Shown piece after piece: positions 8,405 through 11,916 of a stretch of 11,916 nucleotides of DNA. The notes under the pieces are model-generated. The model was not told the origin of the DNA and ran no database searches. It saw only the letters and a program-made list of their open reading frames with translations. This stretch comes from Octopus sinensis. Its lineage: Eukaryota. Positions within the stretch are counted from its first letter, which is position 1. Every line of letters starts with the position of its first letter. The DNA lies in assembly GCF_006345805.1 (NCBI RefSeq), contig NW_021826892.1, forward strand, positions 1 to 11,916, read 5' to 3'. The position numbers were made by a program, and so were the translations under genes.

Positions 8405-8776
8405 AGGAAATATTAAGCGAATAAGAGGTTGTGTCATGAAACTTCATTACCTTACAGCTGTTTCTGGTATAAAATACAATGCATTGATAGTTAAATGCTT
8501 GTTTATCATTCTATAGCTTGTGTATCATTCTATAGCTTTGTCAGAACTTCAAAAATGGAGTGGAATTTCATTCAAGAAAGTTTTTACATTTATATCACAG
8601 GAATATAAACGCATTCTCAAGTAAAATTGCATTTCAGTTTTGAAGATTCGACAAAGCTATATGTTGATGCACAAGCACTCGGCTATGAATACATTGCATC
8701 TTGTATAGCAGAAACAACTGTAAGCTAATGGAAGTTCATGGCATCAAATCTCATTTCCTTGTCATTTTAATTTCCT
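8405..8776. mobile_element. Fold-back / MITE-like palindromic element with long diverged arms and an ~11-nt spacer
   Basis: The left arm (8425-8590) aligns with the reverse complement of the right arm (8602-8752), e.g. CATTACCTTACAGCTGTTTCTG vs CATTAGCTTACAGTTGTTTCTG and CTTCAAAAATGGAGTGGAATTT vs CTTCAAAACTGAAATGCAATTT. Spacer 8591-8601. The outer AGGAAAT/ATTTCCT ends are tentative. Confidence 0.85.
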
Positions 8777-8869
8777 ATTACCGTTTGTACTCGAGTGGCG
8801 CTTGGTTCTAAAGCATTATGTATGTTGAGTTCTAACATCAGGTCATTATTATCGCTATCACTAAGTGAA

Positions 8870-8928
<59 letters not shown>

Positions 8929-8968
8929 AATAATAATAATAATGAAAATAATAATAAAAATAATAATG

Positions 8969-9038
<70 letters not shown>

Positions 9039-9056
9039 TGATGATGATGATGATAA
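8870..9056. repeat. (ATG)n-(ATA)n-(ATG)n trinucleotide microsatellite, possibly the expanded 3' tail of the adjacent minus-strand SINE
   Basis: Read directly. It abuts the 3' end of the SINE at 9062 and explains the poly-I/poly-M ORFs. Confidence 0.97.
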
Positions 9057-9061
9057 TACTA

Positions 9062-9253
9062 ATGCTTTCTACTATATGTACAAGGCCTGGATTTTTGTGG
9101 GGAGGGGGACAATCGATCACATGGACCCCAGTACTTGAAAGGATGAAAGGCAAAATCGACCTTGACGGAATTTGAACTCAGAACGTAGTGGCGGCTGAAA
9201 TACGACTAAGCACTTCGCACGGTGTGCTAACGATTCTGCCAGCTCGGTTGCTT
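9062..9253 (-). mobile_element. tRNA-derived SINE family B with internal deletion
   Basis: Minus strand reads GAGCTGGCAGAATCGTTAGCAC..., B-box GAGTTCAAATTCC, then GTCGATTTTGCCTTTCATCC. Collinear with 899-1101. Confidence 0.9.
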
Positions 9254-9262
9254 AACAGTTAT

Positions 9263-9316
9263 AACAACAACAACAACAACAACAATAACAACAACAACAA
9301 TAATAATAATAATAAT
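9263..9316. repeat. (AAC)n-(AAT)n microsatellite
   Basis: Read directly. Confidence 0.96.
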
Positions 9317-9424
9317 CAGGTTCTTAGTATTACTACGCCTAAGTGAAATAATAAAATATGTATGTATATGCATATTTTTGTATGTATCTATCGAAAGAAG
9401 AGTGTGTATGCGAATGCGTGTGCG

Positions 9425-9552
9425 TGCATGTGTGGTTCAGGTGTTGCACTCACGATTGTGAGATTGTGGTTTCAATTCCTCGAACGGGTGGTCAGTTGTA
9501 ATCCTGAAGAGAACACTTCACCGGACGTTGTTCTGCACCAGTGCAGTCAATG
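9425..9552 (+). mobile_element. tRNA-derived SINE head (family D), diverged
   Basis: GTGTGGTTCAGGTGTTGCACTCAC..., B-box-like GGTTTCAATTCC (9468-9479), then GACGTTGTTCTG. Shares GTGTTGCACTCAC and GACGTTG with the copy at 9733. Confidence 0.65.
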
Positions 9553-9732
9553 TTGTTTTGATGATGGGAGCGAGCTAATGTAAGTCACATACATTTTATC
9601 ATTATACACAAAATATTTGCGCTGGTTATTCAGCTAGAAAAATGCATAGTCGTATTTCTCGGGCTACGAGAGACGGCCATGAGCATTTATGAATATGTCT
9701 CTAAAGATGTATGTGCGTGTGTGTGCGTTTAA

Positions 9733-9905
9733 GGTATGTGGTTTTGTGGTAAGCGTGTTGCACTCACTATCTTGGGTCGATTCCCAGTCCGGGTGTGCGT
9801 TGTGATCTTGAAAAAAACCATTTCCTTTTTAGACGTTGCTCCAGTACAGTCCAGTCATGCGACGGTTTGGCGTTCTATTCAGGGGGAATGTTGGCCTCTC
9901 AGCTT
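9733..9905 (+). mobile_element. tRNA-derived SINE (family D) with V-domain-like central segment
   Basis: A-box-like TGGTTTTGTGG (9739-9749), B-box-like GGGTCGATTCCC (9774-9785), then TGCGACGGTTTGGCGTTCTATTCAGGGGG (9858-9886). The last resembles the V-SINE core TGCGATGGACTGGCG..GTCCAGGG (recalled). Confidence 0.65.
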
Positions 9906-10522
9906 AGCCATAAGGGTCCCTTCATTCGGGAGACACAAAAGCGCAGGGAAAAGCACGGTGACCAGCTGTGTATAAGAATATCCGATAGTCTTGTCAATAT
10001 ATCCATATAGTGATATATATATATAAATATATATATTATATGCGTGTGTGTGTGGCAATCTGTGGATCATACTTAATGTAGATTCTTCACAAACAAATAT
10101 ATAAATGAATCAACAAAAAGCATATTCATTGCAGCATTCATTCTTGAAACACAGCACGTGCAGAAGAGATATCACTGTAAATTTCCTCCTTAGCTAGGTG
10201 TCCACATGGAACATGATACATAGATGGCAATTTTAATCGAATAGTCCTTCTATTATGTTTTCACAAACACACGCACACACACACATACGAATGCGTGTGT
10301 GTGTGTGCGCGCAAAAATACATTGAACAAAGACAAATTAGTATATATTAATTACAATGTATGATAATATCTTGATAGAAATTATCTCCGCTATCAGAGAA
10401 GGTCGAACAATCGGTTGATAGGAACTGACACCAACTGCAAATTAGATGAGATAATCATAAAAATCAAGAATTCGCTACATTTGACAAAGCTTTAAGACTG
10501 CCTGTTTATCTGGAGATATGAG

Positions 10523-10578
10523 GACAGCTGTGGACGAATATTTCCGCCTCCGTACACGTCATCGGCACAGCAGGTGTC
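10523..10578 (-). ncRNA. Type I hammerhead ribozyme-like motif with U4C core variant
   Basis: Minus strand: GACA-CCT-GCTGTG | CCGATGA | CGT-GTACGGAG-GCG | GAAA | T-ATTC-G TC | CACAGC-TGTC. Helix I is 6 bp, a 3-nt bulge, then 4 bp; helix II is 3 bp; helix III is minimal. Predicted GUC cleavage 3' of position 10533. Confidence 0.7.
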
Positions 10579-10648
10579 TCCATCAGTGGGTACCCTTATA
10601 CGTACATATATATATATATTTGTGTGTGTGTGTACATATTCTTAAAAA

Positions 10649-10686
10649 TCTTTTATTGGTTTCAGTCATTCGACGGCGGCCATCCT
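10649..10686 (-). mobile_element. SINE family A 3' tail fragment
   Basis: TCTTTTATTGGTTTCAGTCATTCGACGGCGGCCATCCT matches the other family A tails. Confidence 0.75.
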
Positions 10687-10942
10687 AGTAAATTTACATG
10701 AATGAGAGAAAATGTACTGAGGGAAAAATAAATCAATGCAGAGTTGCCTGTGGCTTCTGTAAGACCAGCAAAGGTAATTAAGGACACACACAAACACACA
10801 CACAATACACACATTGTGTGTGTAAACGTGTACATATTTTTACTGTTCTACTTAGATACTCTATTTGTAAAGTGCGTGTTGGCCGGTTGTTTTCTTATTC
10901 TGAAAACCGAGCTCTACCAGAGCTATTATCAATATAAACGTG

Positions 10943-11064
10943 AATTTCCGCCGGAGTCGACTTTGCCTTTCATCTTTTCGCGGTCGATAAATTAAGTACC
11001 AGTTGCATACTGGGGACGATTTAATCGACTGGTTCCTTTCCTTGGTGCTTAGAGTAGAAAAGTA
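10943..11064 (+). mobile_element. 5'-truncated SINE family B
   Basis: AATTTCCGCCGGAGTCGACTTTGCCTTTCAT...TAAGTACCAGTTGCATACTGGGG...TAATCGACTGG...TAGAGTAGAAAAG. Confidence 0.88.
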
Positions 11065-11329
11065 TATAAACCTGAATTTCAAAACAGTTGACCGTAGCTA
11101 TCCGCTCACTATTTGATATAAGCATGTATGGTTGCATAGATATATGTATATGCAAGCTCAGCTCCTACATGCATACATGCAGGTGGTGAGATAATGTACA
11201 GCTCAAACATTTCATCATTATGAACAAATCATTTGGGCAGGTTGTTCGGCATGAAATTGCAGAAGTCTCATATACATAACAAATGATAAAAACATACTAC
11301 TAGGAACATACGCAACACTTAAATATTAA

Positions 11330-11381
11330 CATACATACACACACATATATACATCCATATATATATATATATATATTATAT

Positions 11382-11433
<52 letters not shown>
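11330..11433. repeat. (CATA)/(CA)/(TA)n microsatellite
   Basis: Read directly. Confidence 0.96.
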
Positions 11434-11436
<3 letters not shown>

Positions 11437-11830
11437 TTGCCAATTGAATATGGCGGTCCTACAGAGGACGATGATACTGTTGTTTTTAGTTCCAGGAAGA
11501 CCTCTACTCCAGCTGGCAAATGACATAGTCTGTGTCCGATTAGTATCTGCGATGGAGGCCATCGCTCCCATCTCTAGCTTTGCGTGATACACACAGACAC
11601 GGGTTTCTGAATAGTTACCCGTCTTAAGTGTGTGTTAATCACCAGGTAGTGACGAAGAACTCATTCCACTCGCAAAATACTATATCTTTTTTCTAGCGAC
11701 ACATTGTTGCTGATCTCGTAAAGAGAGAGATAAGTTATATTAAATCTCTGAGCGAGAGATAAACAATAACAGTACGAAATAACAACATATATTTGCCAAC
11801 TAATATATAAATATATATGTATTATTTCTT

Positions 11831-11916
11831 TCACTCTTTTATTCTTTTAATTGTATCAGTCATTTGACTGCACCCATGCTGGAGCACTGCCTTTAGTCGA
11901 GGAAATCGAACCCAGG
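11831..11916 (-). mobile_element. SINE family A 3' end, running off the window
   Basis: TCTTTT repeats, then TCAGTCATTTGACTGCACCCATGCTGGAGCACTGCCTTTAGTCGAGGAAATCGA. Homologous to 401-478. Confidence 0.88.

Noticed and set aside
8680-8735. CTATGA...GAAACAACTGTAAG in the palindrome arm as a hammerhead
   Set aside because: The core lacks a G, there are four extra nt before GAAA, and helix I does not form.
10740-10910. Possible small intron (AAAG|GTAATT ... TACTTAG|) within an 83-aa ORF
   Set aside because: Flanking segments give no recognisable protein, and such sites are expected by chance.
11480-11590. Possible terminal exon (RPLLQLANDIVCVRLVSAMEAIAPISSFA*) and 7-bp hairpin GCGATGG/CCATCGC at 11549-11565
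   Set aside because: No recognisable homology or codon signal; a short hairpin alone is not informative.
25-11592. Most ORF-track entries (IY/CV/SIYL/poly-I/poly-M repeats)
   Set aside because: They are translations of microsatellites, which lack stops in some frames, and show no recognisable domain.

Overview
AT-rich, repeat-saturated, non-coding eukaryotic DNA. The microsatellite load and SINE families point to a coleoid cephalopod, most likely Octopus; this is an inference from my recollection of octopus repeat families, not a database search. I find no host protein-coding gene, and most ORF-track entries are translations of microsatellites. Content: about 12 copies or fragments of four SINE families (labelled A-D here), a decayed R4/Dong-like (RLE-type) LINE whose endonuclease 'IIWDM' segment has been amplified into an 8-unit 33/36-bp minisatellite, a ~370-bp near-complete palindrome (MITE-like), and many compound microsatellites. 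The most notable signal is a well-formed type I hammerhead-ribozyme-like fold on the minus strand (10523-10578) whose core reads CCGAUGA instead of CUGAUGA. Two further, more decayed hammerhead-like motifs (5720-5773 minus, 7468-7495 plus) carry the same U4C change, and a Penelope-type hammerhead 3' half lies at 6368-6379. All alignments were done by eye, so boundaries are approximate.
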